Of a stretch of 64,000 nt of DNA, positions 46,721 through 59,470 are shown piece after piece (position 1 is the first letter of the stretch; each line of letters begins with the position of its first letter). Where the stretch lies: the NCBI GenBank assembly GCA_002269645.1, contig NIVC01002026.1, forward strand, positions 147,380-211,379. The letters are read 5' to 3'. This DNA comes from Macrostomum lignano (Eukaryota). The translations under genes were made by a program, and so were the position numbers. The notes beneath the pieces are model-generated. The model worked only from the letters and a program-made list of their open reading frames with translations. It made no database searches and was not told where the DNA came from.

Positions 46721-49700
46721 CTAGTTCCGACCGCTAAGCTGCCTTCGGCGCAGCTCTGCCGCGCAGGAGCTGATGGCGAGCACCTCGCTCTGAAAAACAC
46801 TGGAATTGAGCCCAGTGTGCTGGGAGTAGCTCCACACCACTTCTCCCTTGAAAAAGACGCAAGCTCTGAAAACCTGAAAGACCATGCCTCATAGAGCCGT
46901 CAGTGTAACAGTGGACTTCAGAATCGCTCCAGCTGTCACTCGCCTCGTGTCGAGGCTGAATAGTGACCTTATACCTTTGGCTCAGGAGAAGGATGGCTGG
47001 GATCGAGTCCGTGAGGATGTCGAGCCCGCCACACTCCTCGAGAGTCTTGAGGCAGAGGTCAGAGTGCGGGATAAGTGACCGCTTCTTAAAGGCCCGCACT
47101 TTCTTGAAGGCCACCCCAACATCCAGAAGACGCCGGGTGCTCTTCGCCGCCTCTCCTTTGATTTAAATATCCAGAGGAGGGGCACAGAGGAAGGCATTCA
47201 TGCCTTCAAAAGGACAAGAGGGTGGAGCGCCCATAGTCATGCGGCAGGCCCTGCCCTGGATTTTGTAGAGAGCGTCGAGGTTGCTCTTGACGCTCAGACC
47301 GCTGGCCCACACTATGCCCACTGATCGAGGGGCGGATAATGGCAGTGTAAATCCACCACAGCTTCCTGGGGGTGAGTCCCCAGGTGATGCCCACGGCGCC
47401 CTGATCTGAGCCAGGACAGCCAGGGCTTTTTTAGTTCTTGTTTGAATGTGCGGAGTCCAGTTAAGCCTGTGGTCTAGAGTGAGGCCCAGGCAGCGGACCT
47501 GCTTCTCCATGGAAATATCCTTTCCATAGAGGGTGAGGGGCTTAATGGTCCAGAGCAGTATGTTGGTAAACATGGCCGCTGTGGTTTTCGACTCTGAGAG
47601 TCTAAGGCCACATTGGTTTGCCCAACGCTCCGTTAGTCCCAGAAAGACCTGCAGAAGATCTCTGACATGGTATCAACCGAGGGGCCCGCGCATATCACGT
47701 TCACATCATCGGCATAGCCCACCTTGAGAATGGGGTCGTGGAGATCACTGCAAAGCAACTCATCCATGACCATGTTCCAGAGAACGGGGGTGAGAACCCC
47801 GCCCTGGGGGCCCCTTTCTGGACAGGCGCCGTAAGAGAGCTGCCGTTCAGGTGGGCCACAACAGTGCGGTTCCGGATCATGAACATGATCCACCGGACAA
47901 GGTGAGGGTGCGTGGCCCTGGATTCCAGGGCTCTGCAAAAGGCCTCGAAGGTGACGTTGTCGAAGGCCCCTCAATGTCGAGGAAAAGCGAGAGAGCAAAG
48001 CCGCTGCCAAAACGGCCCTCTCCAGGAAGTCAACAATGACATGAAGGGCACTCTCGGTAGACCTGCCCGCGCGGAAGGCGTGCTGGTTCTGCGAGAGTAG
48101 GAAGCACTTCAGCTCGACCGAAAGTAGGCGCCAAAGCACCAGTCTTTCGAGAAGCTTAAGGCAGAAAGAGGTGAGGCTGATAGGCCTGAAGGCCTTCACC
48201 GATTGGTAGTCGCTCTTTCCAGGCTTGGGGATGAAGACCACCCGGGCCTCTCTCCACGCAACTGGTACATAGCCCAGCTCCACCCAAGCTCGGAGGAGAC
48301 GACAGAGGAGGTCCAGAAAGCGGTGGTTTTCACCGCCTCGTGCAAGAACGCTGGGTAGATGCCGTCGGGCCCAGGCGCCTTGAACGGGTTAAAGGACCTT
48401 GCTGCTCTAATAATGCGGTCTTTGGTGATCATTGACTTCGCTAGGCCTTGCCCTCCCACGGAGTGGTCAGGCGGGCCCTTCTAAGTAGGAGATTTAGGGA
48501 GAAACTATTGAGCATGAGCTCTAGAGTTGCTTCAGAGCTCTCTGTGACCAGGTCTCTTCACCACAGAGAGTTTAGAAAAACGGTCGTTCGTGAGTGCCTT
48601 TACCTCGCGGGCTACGGGGCGAGAGCCCTCAAGCACTTCGCAATATTGGCGCCACTTGGTCGTCTTGGCCCTACTGACTTGGCCCTTAAACTCGTGGATC
48701 GCACGGGTATAGACCTCTCTATCAGATGGGTCTTTGGTTTTGAGCGCTCACATTTGGAGGGTCCTGGCTCGGCGCCGAAGGGCCCCGAGCTCTGGGTTCC
48801 ACCAGGGAGCAGATTTCTTGCCTTTGTAGGCTTTTAGAGGGCAGGCTGCTTCAAAAGCAGTGGTGATCGCCCCGCCCAGTGAGGAGGCGAGATCATCCAC
48901 CACCTGGCAGTCAGAGAGGTCACTGGGGTGTCAAGATCCCGAAGACCGCGGCTCAGCTTCGAGCTTAAGGCGGCCCAATCGGTATTTCTGACGTTCCGAC
49001 TCCAAGTGACCTTAGGCTTTTGCTTGGTCGGCCCAATGCAAAAGCGGATAAAGCGGTGGTCCGAGAGCGAGTCCTCGTCCCACACTCGCCAGCCTGTTAC
49101 TGTGGACAGAAGTCCGGGTGAGGCGATGGTGGTGTCGATGACTTGGCCCACCGCCCATTATTGAACGTTGGTGCATTGCCCATGTTACAGAAGTTGAGGT
49201 TAGTGCTGCTGACATAGGCCAGCAGCTCCTCGCCTCTGTGTTGTTATTCTTGCTGCCCCAATGCTTGTGGTGCGCGTTCACATCCCCTGCAATGAGCAGT
49301 TCGAAGTGACGGGACGCGGCGTAGTCAATAAGGTGACTAGCGCGTCGCAGACTACTGGGTATCGCCTAGGAAACAGGCAGATGCTGCCAGTACAGGTTTT
49401 TTTGGAAGGAGGTTATTGATTTGAATAACACAGATGTCCTCGGTCGAGAGATCAGGTCTCATCCATGCCTCAAAAGCTTTAGCAGCAAAGACCAGAGATC
49501 TTGGGCGAGGCTGAGAGTCCGCCATGCAAAAGCAGTGGTAGCCAGATGGTACGTTATTTGGCTTACCTTTAGTCATCCAAGGCTCCTGCACGAAGACCAG
49601 ATCCGGTTGACTGCTAGCATTCCTTTCCGGAGCTCATCAGTAGAGGTAACGACGCTCCTGGCCGGAACCCAGATTCGATGCCTCTTGGTCCGGGAGCGCT

Positions 49701-50850
49701 CGTCCTCTCTGCAGAAGGCTAGGTTGAGGTCCCAGCTCGGCTCGGGCAGCAGCTCAAGGAGCCGCCGTCCCAATTCAGCATCACTGGGACAAATAAGAAG
49801 GCAAGAGTCCCTCGTCGCATTCGAGTGAATGTTTAGAGGCGTTCCCTTCAGAGTAAGCTTCCACACGAGGGCGATCAACAGCACCTCTCACCTGCTTCAG
49901 CTGGTCGGGGAACAGGCGCGTGTCCTTCTTCAGGATGACAACCGCCGGTTGCCTCTTTGCCGCATCAGCGTAGGAGGTCCGGGGGTCGGTGGAGCCATCT
50001 TCAGGTGGGCTGTCGACCCTCCCGGCTGCATCAGCCTCCCTATCCTGGGCAGTGACTTCAGTGGGCTCAAGGCCCTGTTCCGCCGCCGCCCCAGATTGGG
50101 AAGCTTCCGCTGCCCCGGGCCGTTGGCCCCTGGCGCCGGTTAGTCTTCCGCCCTCCTTGGCCCGCCTCGCCTTGTTAAGTCGACGGCGGGCAGCTCCAGA
50201 GGTGGTGCTCAGCTGCTTGGCAGCTGGAGTAGCAGGTGTCTTCTCGGAGGCACCGCTCAGAGTTTGCTCCACGGGTCTCGCCGGGGCGTCCCCGATGGTA
50301 GCAGGTGGTATGGCCGCGGAGTCCACGGCCCCAGCCGAGGCCGGAGGCACTGTGTCATCCACAGCCGGTAGGGTACTTCGGTTAGAAGCCATTGGCTGGA
50401 AGTAAAAAAGAGGGACTTACTGCAGAAAACAGGCAAAGAGCCGCAAGGCCGCAACCCCAAACCAAGCGGCAGGCCCCCAAAAAGCAAAATACCACCCTGC
50501 GGGGGGACCCAAGAGCCCAGGGGAACCGTTAGCGACCAGACAAATACCTGGCCAAGCGTCCATCAGCACGGAGTTACGCTGGAACACTAGAGGGTGCGTT
50601 TATATGGTCACACCAGGACCCGGCGCCAACGAATCAGCTCGGCAAGGCCCGAGAAGGCCTGCCTTAACACCCACGGGACGAATACCCTTCGAAGTGTGCC
50701 TTGCAAGGTGAAAATCAGGAGACAGAGTCTCTTGAGCTATCAGCCCGCCAGGAGAGGCAGGTGTGAGCGTCGCTGGCTGGGAAAGAGGCCACAGATTGTT
50801 CACCACGCAATTTTGTGCAGGACCCGGGGTCCTGGGGGCAACAGGCCCGG
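46721..50850 (-). mobile_element. Non-LTR retrotransposon (ORF1 + APE-RT-RNase H), LOA/Lian-like, frameshifted and 3'-truncated, copy A
   Basis: APE: NAHH..WGS.NN, IDTT, SDHRFI. RT: KAPGPDGIYP, WREARVVFIPKPGK, RPISLTSF, QHAFRAG.STE, PQGGVL, YADD. Then WGLTPRKLWWIY, GAPPS, and RNase H YTDGS..SVFQSE. ORF1 contains SYADAAKRQP. Confidence 0.9.
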
Positions 50851-52558
50851 CATACTAAATATGATTATATCATTAATTTTTTCAAATTAGAGTCGAGGTA
50901 AGGTACATCGTTTGAGGAAAGCCAGGAAAACGAAAGCAAAAACAAACATTCGCATTTTTCTTTAATAATACGAAATTAAAATTTATTAATCTTCGCGCGA
51001 CATGTTTCGCCGAACAATCGGCATCGTCAGGCAAAAATATAGATGCAAAGGGATAGTATTTTTTTAAGTCTAGTAAGCCAAAATGATGCAAGAATGGGTA
51101 TCAGAGTTAGATGGCCCTAAATAAGAGGCAAGCGCATGGGGTCAGAACCCAACAAAGGGTCAAAAAAAGACAGGGGTGCCCACCTAGAGACAGGGGCACC
51201 AACCAAGAGACATTGGCGCCCACAAAGAGACAGTGGCGCCCACCAAGAGATAGGGACGCACACTTAGAGACAGGGCGCCCAGTAAGAAACAGGGTCGCCC
51301 ACAAAGAGACGGGGTGCATGCCACGAGACAGAAGCACCCATTAAGAGATAGGGGCGCCAACCAAGAAACAAAAATACTCAACAAGAGACAGGGGCAAAAA
51401 CCAAGAGATAAAGGCGCGCACTAAGAGGGGGGGCTCAAAAGACCCAAATGTTATCACATCGCCCAAAAAATAGTCTTTGAAACCAACGTAAATTTAGGTC
51501 CAATAAAAGAGTCCTAAGAGTATCTTTAAGAGGTTCATACGTCCACCATCACCCATGAATTGGAGAGGATCTCCGATGGCCTGGACTCTGTGTCACAATG
51601 ATGAAGTGCCAATGAAGTGTTCAGTGTTACGCAGCCTCACGGTCAGACGACCGACATCGCCTGTCGCACCTCATCAGAGCTCATCCGCCCGCGGGCGACT
51701 CCGAAGCACCTCACGCAGAGTGGCTGAGATCCAGTATAATCAAAATCACCGGACCTGCTTGTTGATCCCCTGCTCATATCTCCTGAAGGCTCTGACCGTT
51801 CTTCATCAGCGCTATCTGTCAACAATTTACCTCAGTTCAGGTGCTAAAGTGATTGATTTATTCACTATTCACTCTGAGGCTCAATAAAGCTTGATTCGAT
51901 CAAAGGCTTTAGGAGAGGCCAAAACCTTCATACTCTTTTGGTAGACGTGATGCACTGTAGATGTATGAATAAATGAAATGAATAAATAAGTTTAATAGTA
52001 AGTAGCAAAGCTTAAGCAACAAAGGAAAAAAACATAATCATGATGTGGCTGGAGATAGTGCATGCAACAATAAAAAAACACTAGGAAAGTGGCTTAATTA
52101 TATTTTAAAACTCGTAAAGGTAAAAAACAGCAAAAAAGCACAGTAATATGAGTATAACAGGTAAACTGCGTGAATATCATAATCCACAAAAACGAAACTA
52201 AAACTAAAACTAATGCAACATATGACATAGCATTGATGAAACACTAAAATTTGCCTTTAAGGAATAAAGATTTAATAATTATTTAGTCATTAATTACACC
52301 GCAGCTATTGAGCGGCGCATCTGACAAATGCGTACGGCTGTTCAGTCCAAGGACTAGGGGCCGGGGGGTTGCCACCTCCTCTCTCAATTACCGGCCCCAG
52401 CTAATGCTGGCACCCATTTTACAGCTGGGTGACCTGATGCAATGCATAGTTGTTAAGTGACACAAATTGTTCCAGTGCAGGATCCTGAATCGAACCCCCG
52501 ACCTTCAAGTCGTGAGTCCATCACAGAAATTTACGTTCATATAAAAGTGGAATTCATA

Positions 52559-54098
52559 CTATAACAAACTGCCACCCAGCCTGAAGTTTTTCACAATTTT
52601 TGCCATCTCTGTCAGGTTGGCAAAATACTCCGGTGTGTGAGTGATACCCCAGCTCGTCCCGCTCTTTCGCATGTCGTGAATGGCGTACACAGGCGGTGAC
52701 GAGTCCGTAACCGCGTTGAATTTAGTCATGTCTGAGCACAGCTGCGTCAGGTTCTTCACCTTCCGAAGAAAGTACATTCTGGGGTCAATCCACCGAGCCA
52801 ATTTGCTGCAACTTTTGCCTAGCTTCAAAATTCGATAGTCCTTAAAATGTTTCGACACACCGTCCAGAGAGTTGTTCTCGTACGGGTAGAAGCTGAACGA
52901 AGGCGGAACGTACACCCCTGCGAGTGGGTTGTTTGTCAGCGGGTAACGGATCTGGTACTGCTCCAAAGTGATCGTCAGACCTTCAGGTCCGGCAAAGGCG
53001 AGTATGTCTTCGCTAATCTTTCTCTTTGACAGCTGCTTGAGCACAAATCTGAAGAAAATGTGTCCAGGCGCAGACATGAGGAAGGCCGGACTGGCCGCAG
53101 GTCTTATCGGCCAGTGAGGCCCGAACAGTTGCAGCGAGTGCGTCTCTGGCTCGCGAGTGACCACCGCGTAGAAGCGACGAAACTCGTCCAGACTTCGCAC
53201 CAGCTTGTAGTCCAGGTCCGCGTACACGCCGCCGAGCTGTCACGATTTGAATTAGGGTTTTTTCAGGGCCATTGCACGAATGCAAATATCACAGCAAGGT
53301 AGTTCGACATATGTAATTTGTTATGTTAGGTGTAGCAACGCACGAAAACCAGGCGCATGTAGGTCTGTCCCACATACATTTACAGTGTATCAGTAGGGAT
53401 ACATGTGTAAATATTTATTGCCGTTCATCAGCCATGACGAGGAAGCAAAAAGGCATTATGACTGACTTAATTCCTGTGTGTAAGGTGTGAACATGACGTG
53501 ATTAGTTTTAGACGATCCACCTCTGATTGAAGTTTAGCAGAATTCATTAAACTATATGTACTCGAGGATATTCAAAGGAGAAAACCGATTTTTAAAATTA
53601 TTTTTGCAGCGATTTTCGACATACCTTGAGCAGTAGCATGTAGCGAATCATATCGATCCGCATGATTTTCAGCTCCAGCGACCTGAACTTGTCCAGTAGT
53701 TCAGGGAAGTTCGCGGCCACGAATGGCTCCAGGTCCTGGTCGCGCCACAGCACGTAGGTCCAGTCGGGATGAATTCTCTGCCAAGATTTTACTTGCTGAG
53801 CGAAGTAGTCGGATATGAACTCATTGCGCCAGAGAATGTGCCGAATTTTCGGTATCGGGAGAGTGCCGCTTGCGCTCATGTGATCTTCATAATGTCGCCT
53901 GCAGCTCTCGTTTGCACAGACAGTCGGTAAGAAAGTGTGCAGCGCGGACGGAACAGTGTTGGTAGTTTGTTTTTCGAGAATCACACCGTCGATACTTAAA
54001 TCTTCAAACAGTGACGCCATTAGAGAAAGGCTTGCGTAGCCAAGCATCAGGAGGCAAGTCACGAAAATTATTTTTCTTAGCTTGCCTCGGAATAGCAT
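52559..54098 (-). CDS. GT32-family glycosyltransferase, copy B, 383 aa, 2 exons
   Basis: Exons 54098-53625 and 53236-52559, open frame, same motifs as copy A (K|LGGVYADLD). Confidence 0.9.
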
Positions 54099-54524
54099 TT
54101 CAAATGATGGTAAAGCGGACTATCCTTAGTCCGCGATGCTTTTGCTCGTACGTTTGTGATTCAACGCGAAGTGAAGTGGTCGAACCAAGTATTTCAAATG
54201 ACTTTCGTCTACGGCCACAAAGGAAAGGAGGCATCTTTGCTCTCGAAAAATAATTTTAGCTGAAGTCTGTGGCGGCTAGAGACAACCGCATCTTTTGTCT
54301 ATGGCCACTTCTAATTTGTACGCCTCTCGTTACAGTCGAGAAGCCGCCAACTGGCTGTGAGAAATAAGCAAGCGCACTTTTCTTTTTCTAACTGGCACCG
54401 CGATCGAGAGCCACTTCAAACCACAGAATATTCTGTGCTTCAAACCAACCAACGCCTACCTCACTATTGTGTATAGATAGAATTATTGAAAATCATGAGA
54501 TGCCGCCCTGTGGACATTTATATA

Positions 54525-55112
54525 CTGTCCGTCAAAAGTTCCGGAACCCTTGCTACGATGTCTTCTAGCGGACATAATTTCAGTCCGTTTCAATTGTAAC
54601 TTGATTCAAATGAAAGCTGCGGATCTCAGCTCCATGATGTGGGCAAGAAAAAGTTTATTCGAAGGAGCGCGTGTGAACAGGCCAGTGTTATGTACATAAA
54701 GGTTAGAGAAAAAAAGTGAGGAAAAGACAAACAAGCAATTGACTCTCCCATGAAAGCTGACTGCACAAGAATCCATAAGAGCCTGTTGATTTCAACACAA
54801 GTTTTGGCCATAGACTAATGTTAGCCAGGCTGAACACTGCGCGCAAACCGATTCCTTCCCATGTGTGTTTGCTCCATAGACTCAGCAACCATAGACAATT
54901 GCTTGTTTGTCTTTTCCTCACTTTTTTTCTCTAACCTTTATGTACATAACACTGGCCTGTTCACACGCGCTCCTTCGAATAAACTTTTTCTTGACCACAT
55001 CATGGAGCTGAGATCCGCAGCTTTCATTTGAATCAAGTTACAATTGAAACGGACTGAAATTATGTCCGCTAGAAGACATCGTAGCAAGGGTTCCGGAACT
55101 TTTGACGGACAG
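54525..55112. mobile_element. 588-bp MITE with 217-bp TIRs, Tc1/mariner-like
   Basis: Arms 54525-54741 and 54896-55112 are reverse complements with about one mismatch, separated by a 154-bp spacer. Left flank TA; right flank TT. Confidence 0.85.
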
Positions 55113-55339
55113 TTAGTTGCATATGTGGCTACATAGTACGCGTATAGGTACATTTAATTACGACTTTTTTGCACAACCTGCCCTGAGTCCAGATAAATCA
55201 AAGTCATCCCCACAAAGAAATAAAGGTTATCTTTGTAGCGACATGCGACTTGTGATTTTTGATAGAGGCGTTGGGAAGCAGTGAGAGCAGAAATATGTGC
55301 GAAAACTGCTAAAATCATTGCGACCAATGGCTTCCCGTG

Positions 55340-58300
55340 CTAGTTCCGACCGCTAAGCTGCCTTCGGCGCAGCTCTGCCGCGCAGGAGCTGATGGCGAGC
55401 ACCTCGCTCTGAAAAACACTGGAATTGAGCCCAGTGTGCTGGGAGTAGCTCCACACCACTTCTCCCTTGAAAAAGACGCAAGCTCTGAAAACTGAAAGAC
55501 CATGCCTCATAGAGCCGTCAGTGTAACAGTGGACTTCAGAATCGCTCCAGCTGTCACTCGCCTCGTGTCGAGGCTGAATAGTGACCTTATACCTTTGGCT
55601 CAGGACAAGGATGGCTGGGATCGAGTCCTTGAGGATGTCGAGCCCGCCACACTCCTCGAGAGTCTTGAGGCGGAGGTCAGAGTGCGGGATAAGTGACCGC
55701 TTCTTAAAGGCCCGCACTTTCTTGAAGGCCACCCCAGCATCCAGAAGACGCCGGGTGCTCTTCGCCGCCTCTCCTTTGATATAAATATCCAGAGGAGGGG
55801 TGCAGAGGAAGGCATTAATGCCTTTAAAAGGAGTAGAGGGTGGAGCGCCCATAGTCATGCGGCAGGCTCTGCCCTGGATTTTGTAGAGAGCGTCGAGGTT
55901 GCTCTTGACGCTCAGGCCGCTAGCCCACACGAGGCTGGCGTAACTGATCGAGGGGCGGATAATGGCAGTGTAAATCCACCACAGCTTCCTGGGGGTGAGT
56001 CCCCAGGTGATGCCCACGGCGCCCTGATCTGAGCCAGGACAGCCAGGGCTTTTTTAGTTTTTGTTTGAATGTGCGGAGTCCAGTTGAGCCTGTGGTCCAG
56101 AGTGAGGCCCAGGCAGCGGACCTGCTTCTCCATGGAAATGTTCTTTCCATAGAGGGTGAGGGGCTTAATGGTCCAGAGCAGTTTGTTGGTAAACATGACC
56201 GCTGTGGTTTTCGACTCTGAGAGTCTAAGGCCACATTGGTTTGCCCAACGTTCCGTTAGTCCCAGAAAGCCCTGCAGAAGATCTCTGATGGTGTCAACCG
56301 AGGGGCCCGCGCATATCACGTTCACATCATCGGCATAGCCCACCTTGAGAATGGGGTCATGGAGATCACTGCAAAGCAACTCATCCATGACCATGTTCAA
56401 GAAAACGGGGGTGAGAACCCCGCCCTGGGGGCCCCCTTTCTGGACAGGCGCCGTAAGAGAGCTGCCGTTCAGGTGGGCCACAACAGTGCGGTTCCGGATC
56501 ATGAACATGATCCACCGGACAAGGTGAGGGTGCGTGGCCCTGGATTCCAGGGCTCTGCAAAAGGCCTCGAAGGTGACGTTGTCGAAGGCCCCTCAATGTC
56601 GAGGAAAAGCGAGAAAGCAAAGCCGCTGCCAAGAACGGCCCTCTCCAGGAAGTCAACAATGACATGGAAGGAACTCTCGGTAGATTTGCCCGCGCGGAAG
56701 GCGTGCTGGTTCTGCGAGAGTAGGAAGCACTTCAGCTCGACCGAAAGTAGGCGCCAAAGCACCAGTCTTTCGAGAAGCTTAAGGCAGAAAGAGGTGAGGC
56801 TGATAGGCCTGAAGGCCTTCACCGATTGGTAGTCGCTCTTTCCAGGCTTGGGGATGAAGACCACCCGGGCCTCTCTCCACGCAACTGGTACATAGCCCAG
56901 CTCCACCCAAGCTCGGAGGAGACGACAGAGGAGGTCCAGAAAGCGGTGGTTTTCACCGCCTCGTGCAAGAACGCTGGGTAGATGCCGTCGGGCCCAGGCG
57001 CCTTGAACGGGTTAAAGGACCTTGCTGCTCTAATAATGCGGTCTTTGGTGATCATTGACTTCGCTAGGCCTTGCCCTCCCACGGAGTGGTCAGGCGGGCC
57101 CTTCTAAGTAGGAGATTTAGGGAGAAACTATTGAGCATGAGCTCTAGAGTTGCTTCAGAGCTCTCTGTGACCAGGTCTCTTCACCACAGAGAGTTTAGAA
57201 AAACGGTCGTTCGTGAGTGCCTTTACCTCGCGGGCTACGGGGCGAGAGCCCTCAAGCACTTCGCAATATTGGCGCCACTTGGTCGTCTTGGCCCTACTGA
57301 CTTGGCCCTTAAACTCGTGGATCGCACGGGTATAGACCTCTCTATCAGATGGGTCTTTGGTTTTGAGCGCTCACATTTGGAGGGTCCTGGCTCGGCGCCG
57401 AAGGGCCCCGAGCTCTGGGTTCCACCAGGGAGCAGATTTCTTGCCTTTGTAGGCTTTTAGAGGGCAGGCTGCTTCAAAAGCAGTGGTGATCGCCCCGCCC
57501 AGTGAGGAGGCGAGATCATCCACCACCTGGCAGTCAGAGAGGTCACTGGGGGTGTCAAGATCCCGAAGACCGCGGCTCAGCTTCGAGCTTAAGGCGGCCC
57601 AATCGGTATTTCTGACGTTCCGACTCCAAGTGACCTTAGGCTTTTGCTTGGTCGGCCCAATGCAAAAGCGGATAAAGCGGTGGTCCGAGAGCGAGTCCTC
57701 GTCCCACACTCGCCAGCCTGTTACTGTGGACAGAAGTCCGGGTGAGGCGATGGTGGTGTCGATGACTTGGCCCACCGCCCATTATTGAACGTTGGTGCAT
57801 TGCCCATGTTACAGAAGTTGAGGTTAGTGCTGCTGACATAGGCCAGCAGCTCCTCGCCTCTGTGTTGTTATTCTTGCTGCCCCAATGCTTGTGGTGCGCG
57901 TTCACATCCCCTGCAATGAGCAGTTCGAAGTGACGGGACGCGGCGTAGTCAATAAGGTGACTAGCGCGTCGCAGACTACTGGGTATCGCCTAGGAAACAG
58001 GCAGATGCTGCCAGTACAGGTTTATTGGAAGGAGGTTATTGATTTGAACAACACAGATGTCCTCGGTCGAGAGATCAGGTCTCATCCATGCCTCAAAAGC
58101 TTTAGCAGCAAAGACCAGAGATCTTGGGCGAGGCTGAGAGTCCGCCATGCAAAAGCAGTGGTAGCCAATGGTACGTTATTTGGCTTACCTTTAGTCATCC
58201 AGGGCTCCTGCACGAAGACCAGATCCGGTTGACTGCTAGCATTCCTTTCCGGAGCTCATCAGTAGAGGTAACGACGCTCCTGGCCGGAACCCAGATTCGA

Positions 58301-59470
58301 TGCCTCTTGGTCCGGGAGCGCTCGTCCTCTCTGCAGAAGGCTAGGTTGAGGTCCCAGCTCGGCTCGGGCAGCAGCTCAAGGAGCCGCCGTCCCGATTCAG
58401 CATCACTGGGACAAATAAGAAGGCAAGAGTCCCTCGTCGCATTCGAGTGAATGTTTAGAGGCGTTCCCTTCAGAGTAAGCTTCCACAGGAGGGCGATCAA
58501 CAGCACCTCTCACCTGCTTCAGCTGGTCGGGGAACAGGCGCGTGTCCTTCTTCAGGATGACAACCGCCGGTTGCCTCTTTGCCGCATCAGCGTAGGAGGT
58601 CCGGGGGTCAGTGGAGCCATCTTCAGGTGGGCTGTCGACCCTCCCGGCTGCATCAGCCTCCCTATCCTGGGCAGTGACTTCAGTGGGCTCAAGGCCCTGT
58701 TCCGCCGCCGCCCCAGATTGGGAAGCTTCCGCTGCCCCGGGCCGTTGGCCCTGGCGCCGGTTAGTCTTCCGCCCTCCTTGGCCCGCCTCGCCTTGTTAAG
58801 TCGACGGCGGGCAGCTCCAGAGGTGGTGCTCAGCTGCTTGGCAGCTGGAGTAGCAGGTGTCTTCTCGGAGGCACCGCTCAGAGTTTGCTCCACGGTCTCG
58901 CCGGGGCGTCCCGATGGTAGCAGGTGGTATGGCCGCGGAGTCCACGGCCCCAGCCGAGGCCGGAGGCACTGTGTCATCCACAGCCGGTGGGTACTTCGGT
59001 TAGAAGCCATTGGCTGGAAGTAAAAAAGAGGGACTTACTGCAGAAAACAGGCAAAGAGCCGCAAGGCCGCCCCCAAACAAGCGGCAGGTCCCCAAAAAGC
59101 AAAATACACCCTGCAGGCCGTGCGGGGGACCCAAGAGCCCAGGGAACCGTTAGCGACCAGACAAATACCTGGCCAAGCGTCCATCAGCACGGAGTTACGC
59201 TGGAACACTAGAGGGTGCGTTTATATGGTCACACCAGGACCCGGCGCCAACGAATCAGCTCGGCAAGGCCCGAGAAGGCCTGCCTTAACACCCACGGGAC
59301 GAATACCTTCGAAGTGTGCCTTGCAAGGTGAAAATCAGGAGACAGAGTCTCTTGAGCTATCAGCCCGCCAGGAGAGGCAGGTGTGAGCGTCGCTGGCTGG
59401 GAAAGAGGCCACAGATTGTTCACCACGCAATTTTGTGCAGGACCCGGGGTCCTGGGGGCAACAGGCCCGG
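55340..59470 (-). mobile_element. LOA/Lian-like LINE, copy B
   Basis: Near-identical to 46721-50850, with the same 3' truncation and several shared frameshifts. Confidence 0.9.

Noticed and set aside
50600-50700. HDV-like ribozyme in the LINE 5' UTR (GCC-UUCUCG-GGC resembles P3/L3)
   Set aside because: L3 is too short and I found no upstream P1 partner. It is left as a computational check only.
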